Program-made: the position numbers and the translations under genes | The notes under the pieces: generated by a model | Seen by the model: only the letters and a program-made list of their open reading frames with translations | Told to the model about the DNA's origin: nothing | Database searches by the model: none | Part shown: in pieces, positions 47,844-56,131 of the stretch | Position numbering within the stretch: the stretch's first letter is position 1 | Layout: each line of letters starts with the position of its first letter | NCBI GenBank assembly: GCA_902806405.1 | Contig: CADCWL010000001.1 | Span: 8,472-72,471 of the forward strand | From: an uncultured Thermomicrobiales bacterium | Lineage (GTDB): Bacteria; Chloroflexota; Chloroflexia; Thermomicrobiales; UBA6265 | Direction of reading: 5' to 3' | DNA: 64,000 nt

Positions 47844-49130
47844 TCAGGCCTCGGCCACACCGCACCAGTCGGCGACGGCGAGCGCGATGACCTTGGTCGC
47901 CGTCGCCAGGTCGGCGAGCGACACGTGCTCGTCCGCGTGGTGCGCGACGCGAACATCGCCGGCTCCGTACATGACGCACGGGATGCCGCCGACGCGGACA
48001 AAGTGCCGCATGTCGGCGCCGTAGGTCGCGGCCTCGATCGGCGGCGGGTCGCCGACGATGGCGGCGTGCGCCCCGCTCAGGAGGCGCGCCAGCGGCGCGT
48101 CCCTCGGCACCTCGGCCGGGGCGAACTGCCCCCCGAACCACTCGACCGCCGGAGGATGCTCGTTGAGGTACGGATCCGTCGCCGCCGCGGCGGCGACTTC
48201 GTCCCGGAACAGATCCCGGAACGCGTCGAGATCCTCTCCCGGAACGAGCCCGGCTCGGCCCTCGGCCTCGAGCCACTCCGGCACGGAGGACGGCCACGAC
48301 CCGGCCCGGAGGACGCCGATGTTGACCGGCACTTTGTTCGCGATCGGCGCGTACAAGGGGTGATCGATCGAGGCGTTCCGGCGGGCCTCGAAGGCGAGCA
48401 GTGCTCGATGGAGGACGTGGAAGTTCTCGATCGCGCTCACCCCTTCGTCGCGGACGCAGGCGTGGGCGGAGCGGCCGGGGACGCGGAGGCGGAACATCAG
48501 GGAGCCGCCCTGCGCCACGATCACGGCCAGCCGGGTCGGCTCGGTGATGATGGCGCCATCGGCACCCCCGCCGCGGAGCACCGCCGCCAACGCGCCCGCG
48601 CCACCGTCCTCTTCGGAGATCGTGCTCTGGACGGTGACGTCACCCCGTGGCCGGTAGCCGGCCGACCGGAGGGCGGCCAGGGCGATCAGGTGGGTGACCA
48701 GACCCCCCTTCATATCACAGGCGCCGCGGCCGTAGAGCCGCCCGTCGACGATGTCGCCGGAGAACGGGGGATGGGTCCAGGTGCTGGGGTCGCCCGTCTC
48801 GACCGTGTCGATGTGGGCGTTCAAGATCAGTGATCGGCCCCCACCAGCGCCAGGGAGGCGGCCGATGACGTTCGGGCGCCCCGCGTACGACTCGTGGAAA
48901 GTGACGTGGTCGGCGTAGGGTGCGAGATCGGCCGCGTCCGGCTCCCACACCTCCGTCTCCAGTCCGTCCGTTCGCATTCGCGCCGCCACCACCTTCTGGG
49001 CGGCACCCTCCGACCCGGTCAGGCTCGGCACGCGAACCAGCGACCGCAGCATTTCCGCCGCGTCCTCCGCCAACCCGTCGACCGCGCGTCCGACGCGTGC
49101 CGCCAGATCCGCCCTGGCGGCGGGGTCCAT
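47844..49130 (-). CDS. M20-family metallopeptidase (ArgE/DapE/acetylornithine deacetylase-like)
   Basis: LVRVPSLTGSE, LNAHIDTV, RGACDMKGG and SEEDGG motifs. ATG at 49130 after GGTGGAGGA. Confidence 0.88.
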   Translation of the reverse strand: MDPAARADLAARVGRAVDGLAEDAAEMLRSLVRVPSLTGSEGAAQKVVAARMRTDGLETEVWEPDAADLAPYADHVTFHESYAGRPNVIGRLPGAGGGRSLILNAHIDTVETGDPSTWTHPPFSGDIVDGRLYGRGACDMKGGLVTHLIALAALRSAGYRPRGDVTVQSTISEEDGGAGALAAVLRGGGADGAIITEPTRLAVIVAQGGSLMFRLRVPGRSAHACVRDEGVSAIENFHVLHRALLAFEARRNASIDHPLYAPIANKVPVNIGVLRAGSWPSSVPEWLEAEGRAGLVPGEDLDAFRDLFRDEVAAAAATDPYLNEHPPAVEWFGGQFAPAEVPRDAPLARLLSGAHAAIVGDPPPIEAATYGADMRHFVRVGGIPCVMYGAGDVRVAHHADEHVSLADLATATKVIALAVADWCGVAEA

Positions 49131-49267
49131 CCCTTGCGCGTCCTCCACCTGCCCTCTCCCTCTCGCCGTTGCCGCGCCCGGCGCGGTGTCGTCTTCGCTT
49201 CGTCGGGCGGTGCCAGAAGCGCCCCCGAAGCGCGGAATCGGCCGGGTGGCATCGATTCGCCGCCCGG

Positions 49268-49915
49268 CTACGATACTGCGCTGGCGCCGACCGTGGGGCG
49301 ACCGTCCGGTACGCTGCGCCCAAGGTCGTGCAGCCCGGCCGGCGGCGCGACAGGAAGCGGGGCCGCGGAGAGCGCCGCCAGATCGGCCCGCATCCCGTCG
49401 GCTGCGAGCCGGTCCCAAAGCGCGCGGAAGGCGAGATAGTGCTCGCGGCGGCCGGCGTGCTGCCGCCCCAGCAGCGCGATCAGGCCGCGGCGGGGATCGT
49501 CCGGCGGTGGACGCATCGCCGAGGCGGTGATCGCAGCGTGTTCACGGCTCGGCGCCTCCGCTAGAGCGTCGCCGACGGCGGCTGCCTGCTCCCCGGCGAC
49601 CGCGGCCAATTCGTCCTCGATCAGACCGATCCGGACGTCGTGGTCGTGGATGGCGCCCAGCTCCTCCTGGATCTCCTTGACCCGATCGATCTGCGTCGCT
49701 CCCTCCTTGCCGAAGACGGCACGGAACAGCTCCAGTGTGTAGCGCAGCCGCTTGGCAGCGATCCGGAGATCGTGCAGCGCCTCCACGGCGTCCTCGCGGG
49801 GGACGATGGGCCCATAGGAGTAGTACTCGGCCATCTTGACGGCAAGGATCCGCCGCGCGTTCTCCGCCAGCGGGGCATCGGGAGCGAGGTCATCGACCGG
49901 CCAGGCCCGGCTCAT
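49268..49915 (-). CDS. CHAD-domain protein, second-half type (one four-helix unit)
   Basis: LHDLRIAAKRLRYTLELF and LGAIHDHDV motifs. The ATG overlaps the upstream stop (ATGA) and is preceded by GGAGGTG. Confidence 0.8.
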   Translation of the reverse strand: MSRAWPVDDLAPDAPLAENARRILAVKMAEYYSYGPIVPREDAVEALHDLRIAAKRLRYTLELFRAVFGKEGATQIDRVKEIQEELGAIHDHDVRIGLIEDELAAVAGEQAAAVGDALAEAPSREHAAITASAMRPPPDDPRRGLIALLGRQHAGRREHYLAFRALWDRLAADGMRADLAALSAAPLPVAPPAGLHDLGRSVPDGRPTVGASAVS

Positions 49916-50526
49916 GGTCTCACCTCCCCGGCAGACGCGTCGCGGCCCGCCACCGCGTCGGCGTGGGGAGGACCGGGCGGCGGCGCGGCGAGCGCGCCGA
50001 AGCGGCGCTCCGCCTCCCGCGGCACGCCCCGCTCCGCCAATCCGGCCAGGAAGCGCTCCATCTCCGCCCGGGCCATGACCCGCTCCCCCTCGATCCGAAC
50101 CATCAGCCGGTCGATACCCGGCCGCTCGGCGGCGGGCGCCGACTCCCGCTCCGCGGCCAACGCCTCGAGGAGCACGTCCCGGTCGCGCACCTCGCCGAGG
50201 GCGCCGGTGATCTCTTTGGCGGCCGTGTGGAGCGGGCGGAACCACGAGGCAGGGAAGCAGTCCGCCGCGACGTCCATCGCCGCCCGTAGCCGACGGGAAG
50301 CGACCCGAACGGCGTGGACCCCCTCGATATCCTCCCCGGCGAGGGCGACCGGGACCGCCTTCCAGACCTCACCCCACCGCTGCCCGATCAACGCCCTCAT
50401 CGCCGAGCGGTAGCTCTGCCCGGGATCGAGGCGGACCTCGGACCCCTTGCCCTTCTTCGGCTGCACGTGCCCTCCCGGCACGGCGGCAACCGTGACTCCG
50501 TGTTTCGCGTTGGCGATCGTCGCCAT
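49912..50526 (-). CDS. CHAD-domain protein, first-half type (one four-helix unit)
   Basis: VHAVRVASRRLRAAMDV and LGEVRDRDVLL motifs. The ATG lies 2 nt after the ppx stop, with GGGAGG inside the ppx 3' end. Confidence 0.8.
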   Translation of the reverse strand: MATIANAKHGVTVAAVPGGHVQPKKGKGSEVRLDPGQSYRSAMRALIGQRWGEVWKAVPVALAGEDIEGVHAVRVASRRLRAAMDVAADCFPASWFRPLHTAAKEITGALGEVRDRDVLLEALAAERESAPAAERPGIDRLMVRIEGERVMARAEMERFLAGLAERGVPREAERRFGALAAPPPGPPHADAVAGRDASAGEVRP

Positions 50527-50528
50527 CG

Positions 50529-51518
50529 TTATCCTCCCGCCGTCACTGACAGCGGCCCGTCGGCTACGCCGGTCACCCCGATCGCGGATCGCCCGCCACC
50601 GAGTGCGTCGAGCAGCAGACCGGTCCGGATACCGCTCCGCGCCACCTCGATCCGTTCTGGCTGGACGCGGTCGACCAGGGCGGCAACCATCGCGATCCCC
50701 GCCGGCAGCACCCGCGCTCGGGCCTCCTCGATCCCCAGGCGCCGGGCCAGATCGGCAGCCAAAACCCGCTCGCTCTCGCTCAGCACGGCATCGATCGTCG
50801 CCGGCCCGATGGCGCGATCGTCGGGCACGAGGCGGGCCAAATACTCCCCCGTGCCGCCGACCACGAGCAACCGCAGCGCCGACCCAACCGGCACACCCAG
50901 GTCGGCGATCATGGGCGCGAACGCCGACGCCGCGGCGGCGCGGCAGGCCGCGAGTTCGCCGCGGCCAGGGGGATCTGACGGGGTCAGCCGATCTGCCAGC
51001 CGACCGGACCCGACCGGCAGCGAGCGCGCGCCGCGAATCTGCCCCCCTTCCGCCGAGATTAGCTCCGAACTGGCGCCCCCGATGTCGGTGACGAGCACGC
51101 TCCCGGAAACGTCGGACGTCGCCGCCAGGCCCCGGAAGGTGAGCGCGGCCTCCTCGTCGCCGTCGATGATGCGGACCTCGATGCCGGTCTCGCGACCGAC
51201 GCGCTCAAGAAAGGCCGGTCCGTTCGCCGCCGCCCGCGCCGCCTCGGTGGCCACCGCCACCACCCGCTCCGCGCCCTTCACGCGGGCCTCGCTGGCAAAA
51301 CGGAGAAGCGTCGTCATCGCCGCCTCGATCCGGTCGTCCGCCAACCGTCCCGTCGCGTCGAGGCCGGTCCCGAGGCGAACGGTCTCCGAGAACCAGGCGA
51401 ATTCGTCGAGACCGTGGTCACCGCGTGGCCGGCCCACCGTCATCTTGATCGAGTTGGAGCCGATGTCGATCGCCGCGATCGTCGGGGCTACCGTGGAGCG
51501 CCCGGAATCACCGCTCAT
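50529..51518 (-). CDS. ppx: Ppx/GppA-family exopolyphosphatase / pppGpp phosphohydrolase
   Basis: IAAIDIGSNSIKM and TDIGGASSEL ASKHA-fold motifs. ATG at 51518. Confidence 0.88.
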   Translation of the reverse strand: MSGDSGRSTVAPTIAAIDIGSNSIKMTVGRPRGDHGLDEFAWFSETVRLGTGLDATGRLADDRIEAAMTTLLRFASEARVKGAERVVAVATEAARAAANGPAFLERVGRETGIEVRIIDGDEEAALTFRGLAATSDVSGSVLVTDIGGASSELISAEGGQIRGARSLPVGSGRLADRLTPSDPPGRGELAACRAAAASAFAPMIADLGVPVGSALRLLVVGGTGEYLARLVPDDRAIGPATIDAVLSESERVLAADLARRLGIEEARARVLPAGIAMVAALVDRVQPERIEVARSGIRTGLLLDALGGGRSAIGVTGVADGPLSVTAGG

Positions 51519-51763
51519 CCTTCGTCCACCTGTTCCGCTCCAGACCGCCGTGCGGCCGAGCCGAAGGCTGCTCTCGGATCGGTCCTTTGCACCCTGCGGC
51601 ATCGAGGATCGGACCGCTATCCCTCACGCGGGGATCGGATGATATGATACCCGCTCATCTTTCGTAATGATTTTACCTTTCGTCCCGCGTTGTCGGAATC
51701 AAGTCTTTGCCAAGGTGAGAAGACGGACGCCGGGCGGGACGTTGATCGGGGAGAGCATCGACG

Positions 51764-52141
51764 ATGGCCAACGATGCCAAAGCCGCCGACTCGGTCGAAA
51801 CGCTCCTTCGCCGTTCGGCGGATGTAGAGCGGCGGCTGCTGAAGCGGGAGCGGCGCGCTGAGCTGGAGGTCGAGGATCGGCGGAGGCGGCTCGCCGAGGA
51901 GCAGGCGCGCTTGGATCGAGCTCTCGCTCGGGTGGAGCGGCGCCGGGCGGAGCTTGCCGTCGCCGTCGCGGAGCTTCGGTCTCGCCAGGCGACTCGGGCG
52001 GCGGGTCCCGGCTCGGCGGAGAGCATCGGAACGGCACCGATCATCGCCCGCTCGGAGCCTGGAAAAGCCGCCGTAATCGGGAGAGACGCCGACCCAACGA
52101 TCAACCGGACGTCCCGGGGTGAGGGGATGACCACGCCCTAG
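51764..52141 (+). CDS. Hypothetical coiled-coil protein (125 aa)
   Basis: Arg/Glu/Leu/Ala heptad-like stretch RRLLKRERRAELEVEDRRRRLAEEQARLDRALARVERRRAELAVAVAELR. The antisense 153-aa ORF is less protein-like. Coding status is moderately supported. Confidence 0.5.
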   Translation: MANDAKAADSVETLLRRSADVERRLLKRERRAELEVEDRRRRLAEEQARLDRALARVERRRAELAVAVAELRSRQATRAAGPGSAESIGTAPIIARSEPGKAAVIGRDADPTINRTSRGEGMTTP

Positions 52142-52165
52142 CGCGACGATCCGCGCGCTCGGCCG

Positions 52166-53791
52166 TCAGCCCGCGCGCGCCGCCAGTCGGTCGGTTGCGC
52201 TCCAGAAGCGGTCCATCAACCCCGCCTGCTCGCCCGCCGTCATCGGCCGCGGCTGGTGGAACTCCTCGATCTCGACCCCGTGGCAGCGGAGCCCAACGAC
52301 GCGACCGCCACGGATGGTCAGATCGAGGACGTAGCCGGAGCGGACCTCCGCGCTGAACATCTGGTCGAAGACGAAGTTACCCGGCGAGTAGATGATCGGC
52401 CGCCCCTTGTAGACCTCCATCCCCTGGATCACGTGGGGATGGAGGGTGACAACGAGCGTCGCCCCGGCGTCGACTGCGGCACGGGCGGCGTCGACGACCC
52501 AGCCCGGTGGCACCGCGACGTACTCCCGCCCCATGTGGAAATACGGGATGACGACGTCGGCCTGTCCGGCGGCGGCGGTGATGTCGGCCAGAACCTGGTC
52601 GCTTACGTAGGGGTTCGTCCCCGGACGAGTCGCGGTGGCGGCGGCATCGAAATCGAGCACACCCGTCTCGATGCCGGGCTCAATCTCCCGGTTGGCGGTG
52701 ACGCCGTCCACGCCGAGCAGGGCAATCGTCCTCCCCTTGACGGTGGTCGACCAGGGAGCGCGGGCCTCGTCCAGCGTGCGCCCCGCGCCGAAGTACGGGA
52801 CCCCGGCCCCATCGAGGGCGTCGACGGTGTCGAGGAGCCCCTGCAGGCCCCACCCTTCATCGCTGTAGACCGAGTGGTTGTTCGCCAGCGTGACGGCATC
52901 GATCCCGGCGAGCTTGAACCCGTCGAGCATGGACGGGTCGGATACGAACGCGGTCGAGTGGGGATCCGCCGGCTGAGAAAGCGTGCTCGAGAGATTGCCC
53001 TCAAGGTTGGCGAACGTCAGGTCGTAGCCCGAGAGCAGGGGAGCAACCTTTCGGAACGGACGGGTGAAGTCCCCGTACTTGACCATGTGCTGGTGCACGT
53101 TCCGCCCGGGGACGATGTCGCCGGCCACGCCGATCCGGAGGGTCGGCTCCCCGTCATCCTCCCGATCGCGGAGGGGATCGGCAGTACCGATCGAGAGGAC
53201 GTTGACGCGGAAGTCGACCTCGTCGAGCGGCACGAGGGCCACGCCGCCCGGCCGCTCGGTCAGCGCAGCGACGAGCGCGTCGTAGTCGGCTACGGTCGCG
53301 ATCGGCTGCGCGCCGGGGAAAGCTTCGCCCTTCAGCGCCAGCGGCTCGACGGCCAGCGAGACGGGAGAACCGACCCGGCGCCACCCGTCGACCTCGCCGC
53401 GCAGCAGCCGCACGGGGTCGTCCGGTCCCACGCCGAAGAGCGGCAGGCGCGGCGACGTGACCAGGGCCATCCCGTCGGGCACGCCACCCCGGGGTGCGGG
53501 GGTGGGGACGGGGGCGGTGCCGATCGAGATGCGGACCCGGCGGGCGGGCGGCGAGGCGACCGGGGCAGTGGGGGTCGACGGCGGCGTCGACTCTGCAATG
53601 CCCACCGCCCGCACGGCCGGGCGCGGCGGCGGGGAGCCGTTACCGGGCGCGCCGCGTCCGATCGCGGCGCTGGCCGCGGCGACCGCCAGGGCGCCAGCGC
53701 CGAGGAGCACCGCGCGGCGATCAACGCGTCGTCGCGCGGTGCTCTCCGGGGTGAGTGGCTGCCCGTCGAGCGGGAACGTCTCGGAAGACAT
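52166..53791 (-). CDS. CapA/PGA_cap-family metallophosphatase-like protein with Tat signal and N-terminal extension
   Basis: RRRVDRRAVLLGAGALAVAAASA signal. IGVAGDIVPGRNV, FANLEGNLS, TLANNHS and LHPHVIQG motifs. Confidence 0.85.
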   Translation of the reverse strand: MSSETFPLDGQPLTPESTARRRVDRRAVLLGAGALAVAAASAAIGRGAPGNGSPPPRPAVRAVGIAESTPPSTPTAPVASPPARRVRISIGTAPVPTPAPRGGVPDGMALVTSPRLPLFGVGPDDPVRLLRGEVDGWRRVGSPVSLAVEPLALKGEAFPGAQPIATVADYDALVAALTERPGGVALVPLDEVDFRVNVLSIGTADPLRDREDDGEPTLRIGVAGDIVPGRNVHQHMVKYGDFTRPFRKVAPLLSGYDLTFANLEGNLSSTLSQPADPHSTAFVSDPSMLDGFKLAGIDAVTLANNHSVYSDEGWGLQGLLDTVDALDGAGVPYFGAGRTLDEARAPWSTTVKGRTIALLGVDGVTANREIEPGIETGVLDFDAAATATRPGTNPYVSDQVLADITAAAGQADVVIPYFHMGREYVAVPPGWVVDAARAAVDAGATLVVTLHPHVIQGMEVYKGRPIIYSPGNFVFDQMFSAEVRSGYVLDLTIRGGRVVGLRCHGVEIEEFHQPRPMTAGEQAGLMDRFWSATDRLAARAG

Positions 53792-53797
53792 CGGCCG

Positions 53798-55153
53798 CTA
53801 CCGCGCTTCGGGCGGATAGTCTTCGAAATACCCGACGATGGCGTTCTCGTAGGCGGTCACGATCGCGGCCCGGCCCGCTGGGCTGGCCAGGACGGGCGCG
53901 TCGTACTCGCTCGAGATGAAGAGCGTCTCCACGATTGCACCCGGCATCCGGCTGCCGACGATCTTTCTCTCGGGCACGTCCGGCCCCGTCATCACGAAGT
54001 GGTCGAGCATGGAGTGCTCGTTGTCGACGTTGGCGGTCGTGTCGGGGAGCACACCCCGCTCCGGCCACGGAAGCTCGTAGCCGATCGAGCTCAACTGTTC
54101 GCTGAGCTGGCGGTAGGCGCGCGCCGCGAAGTCGTAGTTCCGGTCCCCGAACGGCCGCTCTTGAGTGAACCACGTCTCGTGGCCCCGCGGCTCCGAGGTC
54201 GAGAAGCCGTTCACGTGCATCGAGACGAGGAGGTCCGCGCCGGCATCATTGCAGACGTTGATCCGGGCTTGCAGCTCATCGAGCGTGCCGAAGCTGTTCT
54301 GCCCGGGCTGACCATCGGGATTCGGCCGGTCGTCGCGGGCCGTCTTGCCGTCGCCGTTCACGTCCCGCATGCCGGCGTTGACCGCCACGTCGTCGCGCCG
54401 CGTCATCACCACCTCGTAGCCGCGCAACTTCAAACGCGCCTCCAGGTCCCACGCGTGCTGGAGGACCAGGATCGACTCGTTCATCTCCGGCGCGGCATCG
54501 GTCAGCACCCGCTGGAAACCGAGATCCGGCCCCCCATGTCCCGGATCGAGGCAGACCACCGGCGGGCGCGTCCCCGCGAAGGCGCTGCCGGCCGTGGGGG
54601 AGGCGACGGCGGGCGGGACGAGTGCCAGCTGGGGCAGGGCCGCGGGAGTCGCCGGCGCGGGGGAGGCGGCCGGCCCGCCGCCGGCGGCTACCCAATTCTC
54701 CCCAGCCGGCGGATCGCCGCCGGCCGCTCCGAACAAGCGCCCCCCGGCCAGCGCCAGGATGGCGAGCCCCGCGATGAGGACCGCTCCGAGCACGACCAGA
54801 CCACGCGGCATCCCCGTCTGCCGTGGGGCGGAGCGCGGCATCCGCGGCGCGGGCTTTCGAGCCACGACGAGCTCGGGCGAGGCGATGGCGCGAGCCGGCC
54901 CCGCTACGGGCGCGGGCGGCACGACGGGCGCGGGCGGCGGCGCCGTGCGAGAGCGGCGTCGCTCCTGGAGTGCTCGGCGCTCTTCCGGGGAGAGCCGCCG
55001 CCCTGGCGGGGCGACGACGGAGGGCGTCCCGTCGACGGGCGAGACGATCTCGCGGCGGGCACGGCCGCGCCCGGTTGCGTCACCCCCCGGCGGCCGCGCA
55101 CCGCGCCGAAACGAGGACGAGAAATCCTGGTTGCGGCCGAGCGTGTTCGCCAT
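53798..55153 (-). CDS. N-acetylmuramoyl-L-alanine amidase (Amidase_3), membrane-anchored, paralog 1
   Basis: VVCLDPGHGGPDLG, ESILVLQHA and LLVSMHVNG. TM helix GLVVLGAVLIAGLAILALAG after an Arg/Pro-rich cytoplasmic N-terminus of about 115 aa. Confidence 0.85.
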   Translation of the reverse strand: MANTLGRNQDFSSSFRRGARPPGGDATGRGRARREIVSPVDGTPSVVAPPGRRLSPEERRALQERRRSRTAPPPAPVVPPAPVAGPARAIASPELVVARKPAPRMPRSAPRQTGMPRGLVVLGAVLIAGLAILALAGGRLFGAAGGDPPAGENWVAAGGGPAASPAPATPAALPQLALVPPAVASPTAGSAFAGTRPPVVCLDPGHGGPDLGFQRVLTDAAPEMNESILVLQHAWDLEARLKLRGYEVVMTRRDDVAVNAGMRDVNGDGKTARDDRPNPDGQPGQNSFGTLDELQARINVCNDAGADLLVSMHVNGFSTSEPRGHETWFTQERPFGDRNYDFAARAYRQLSEQLSSIGYELPWPERGVLPDTTANVDNEHSMLDHFVMTGPDVPERKIVGSRMPGAIVETLFISSEYDAPVLASPAGRAAIVTAYENAIVGYFEDYPPEAR

Positions 55154-55166
55154 CGCCCCGTCCTTC

Positions 55167-55193
55167 GCGATAGCCCGTCCAGAGGGCTATCGC
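55167..55193 (-). other. 10-bp perfect intercistronic hairpin between the two amidase genes
   Basis: GCGATAGCCC-gtccaga-GGGCTATCGC, located between the stop at 55202 and the ATG at 55153. Confidence 0.4.
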
Positions 55194-55201
55194 GGCGCGG
55201 C

Positions 55202-56131
55202 TCACCCGGGATGCGCCGCGAAATACTCGACGATCGCCCCCTCATACGCGCCCACGATCGCCTCCATGGCGGCGTCGGTCACAACAAAGGCCGCGTCCTC
55301 GTCGTTGGAAAGATACAACCCTTCGACGATCGCGCCCGGCATCCGGCTCGGCTTCCGTCCTCCGTTCCCCGGACCGAGGACGAAGAAATCCTCTGTGCCA
55401 AGGCCATGGTCCTGGGCTGGGTAACCACCCTCCGCCATGCTCGGCCCAAGCCGCTGGTGGATGGCCGAGGCGAACGCCAAGCTCCGATCACTGAACGTAC
55501 GCTCTCGGTTGTACCACACCTCGTACCCCTCCAGGAACTCGTTCTCGGCGCTGTTGTAGTGCATTGAGACGAGCAGATCGGCGTTTGCCGCGTTGCAGGT
55601 GTTGATGCGCGCCTGAAGGTCGTCCGCCTCGTCGCTGGTCGCCTCTCCGTCCGGCGGGGCGACCTTCCCGTCGCCGTTGATGTCCAAGTTTCCCGGGTTC
55701 GCCTCGACGTCCGTCGTGCGCGTGTAAACGACCTCAATGCCGCGGGCTTGCAGACGCGGCCCAAGGGCGAGCGCGTGGGCAAGCGTGAGATCCTTCTCCT
55801 GCAAAAAGCTCCCATCGTTCCGCTCGCGAATCTTGCCGCGATCGCTGCCGCCGTGCCCCGGATCGAGGCAAACCACATTCCGGCCGTCGGGGGCGACTTC
55901 CTCGGTGAGCTGCGGGGAAGGACCGGGGGTCGTCGGCGGAGTCGCGGGCGGCGCGGTCGGCGGCGGCGTCGGAAGCGGCGCGGAGGTCGGAGCCGGTAAC
56001 AGCGCCAGGCGCTCATCGCCATCGGCCGCGAGACGAATGCCGACCACCACGAGCGCGAGCGTCAGGGCCGCCAGGATGGCCAAGCCGCCAACGAGCCGGT
56101 CCCGTCGCCGCCGCAAGCGCCGCTCAGTCAC
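55202..56131 (-). CDS. N-acetylmuramoyl-L-alanine amidase (Amidase_3), membrane-anchored, paralog 2
   Basis: VVCLDPGHGGSDRG, QEKDLTLAHA and LLVSMHYNS. The GTG start overlaps the M81 gene stop by 8 nt. Confidence 0.85.
   Translation of the reverse strand: MTERRLRRRRDRLVGGLAILAALTLALVVVGIRLAADGDERLALLPAPTSAPLPTPPPTAPPATPPTTPGPSPQLTEEVAPDGRNVVCLDPGHGGSDRGKIRERNDGSFLQEKDLTLAHALALGPRLQARGIEVVYTRTTDVEANPGNLDINGDGKVAPPDGEATSDEADDLQARINTCNAANADLLVSMHYNSAENEFLEGYEVWYNRERTFSDRSLAFASAIHQRLGPSMAEGGYPAQDHGLGTEDFFVLGPGNGGRKPSRMPGAIVEGLYLSNDEDAAFVVTDAAMEAIVGAYEGAIVEYFAAHPG

Noticed and set aside
52256-55567. 1103-aa plus-strand ORF, the longest in the track
   Set aside because: It is antisense to the capA and amidase genes, which have clear family motifs. 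The composition is dominated by R/G/P/D/V and no domain signature is present. It is a GC artefact.
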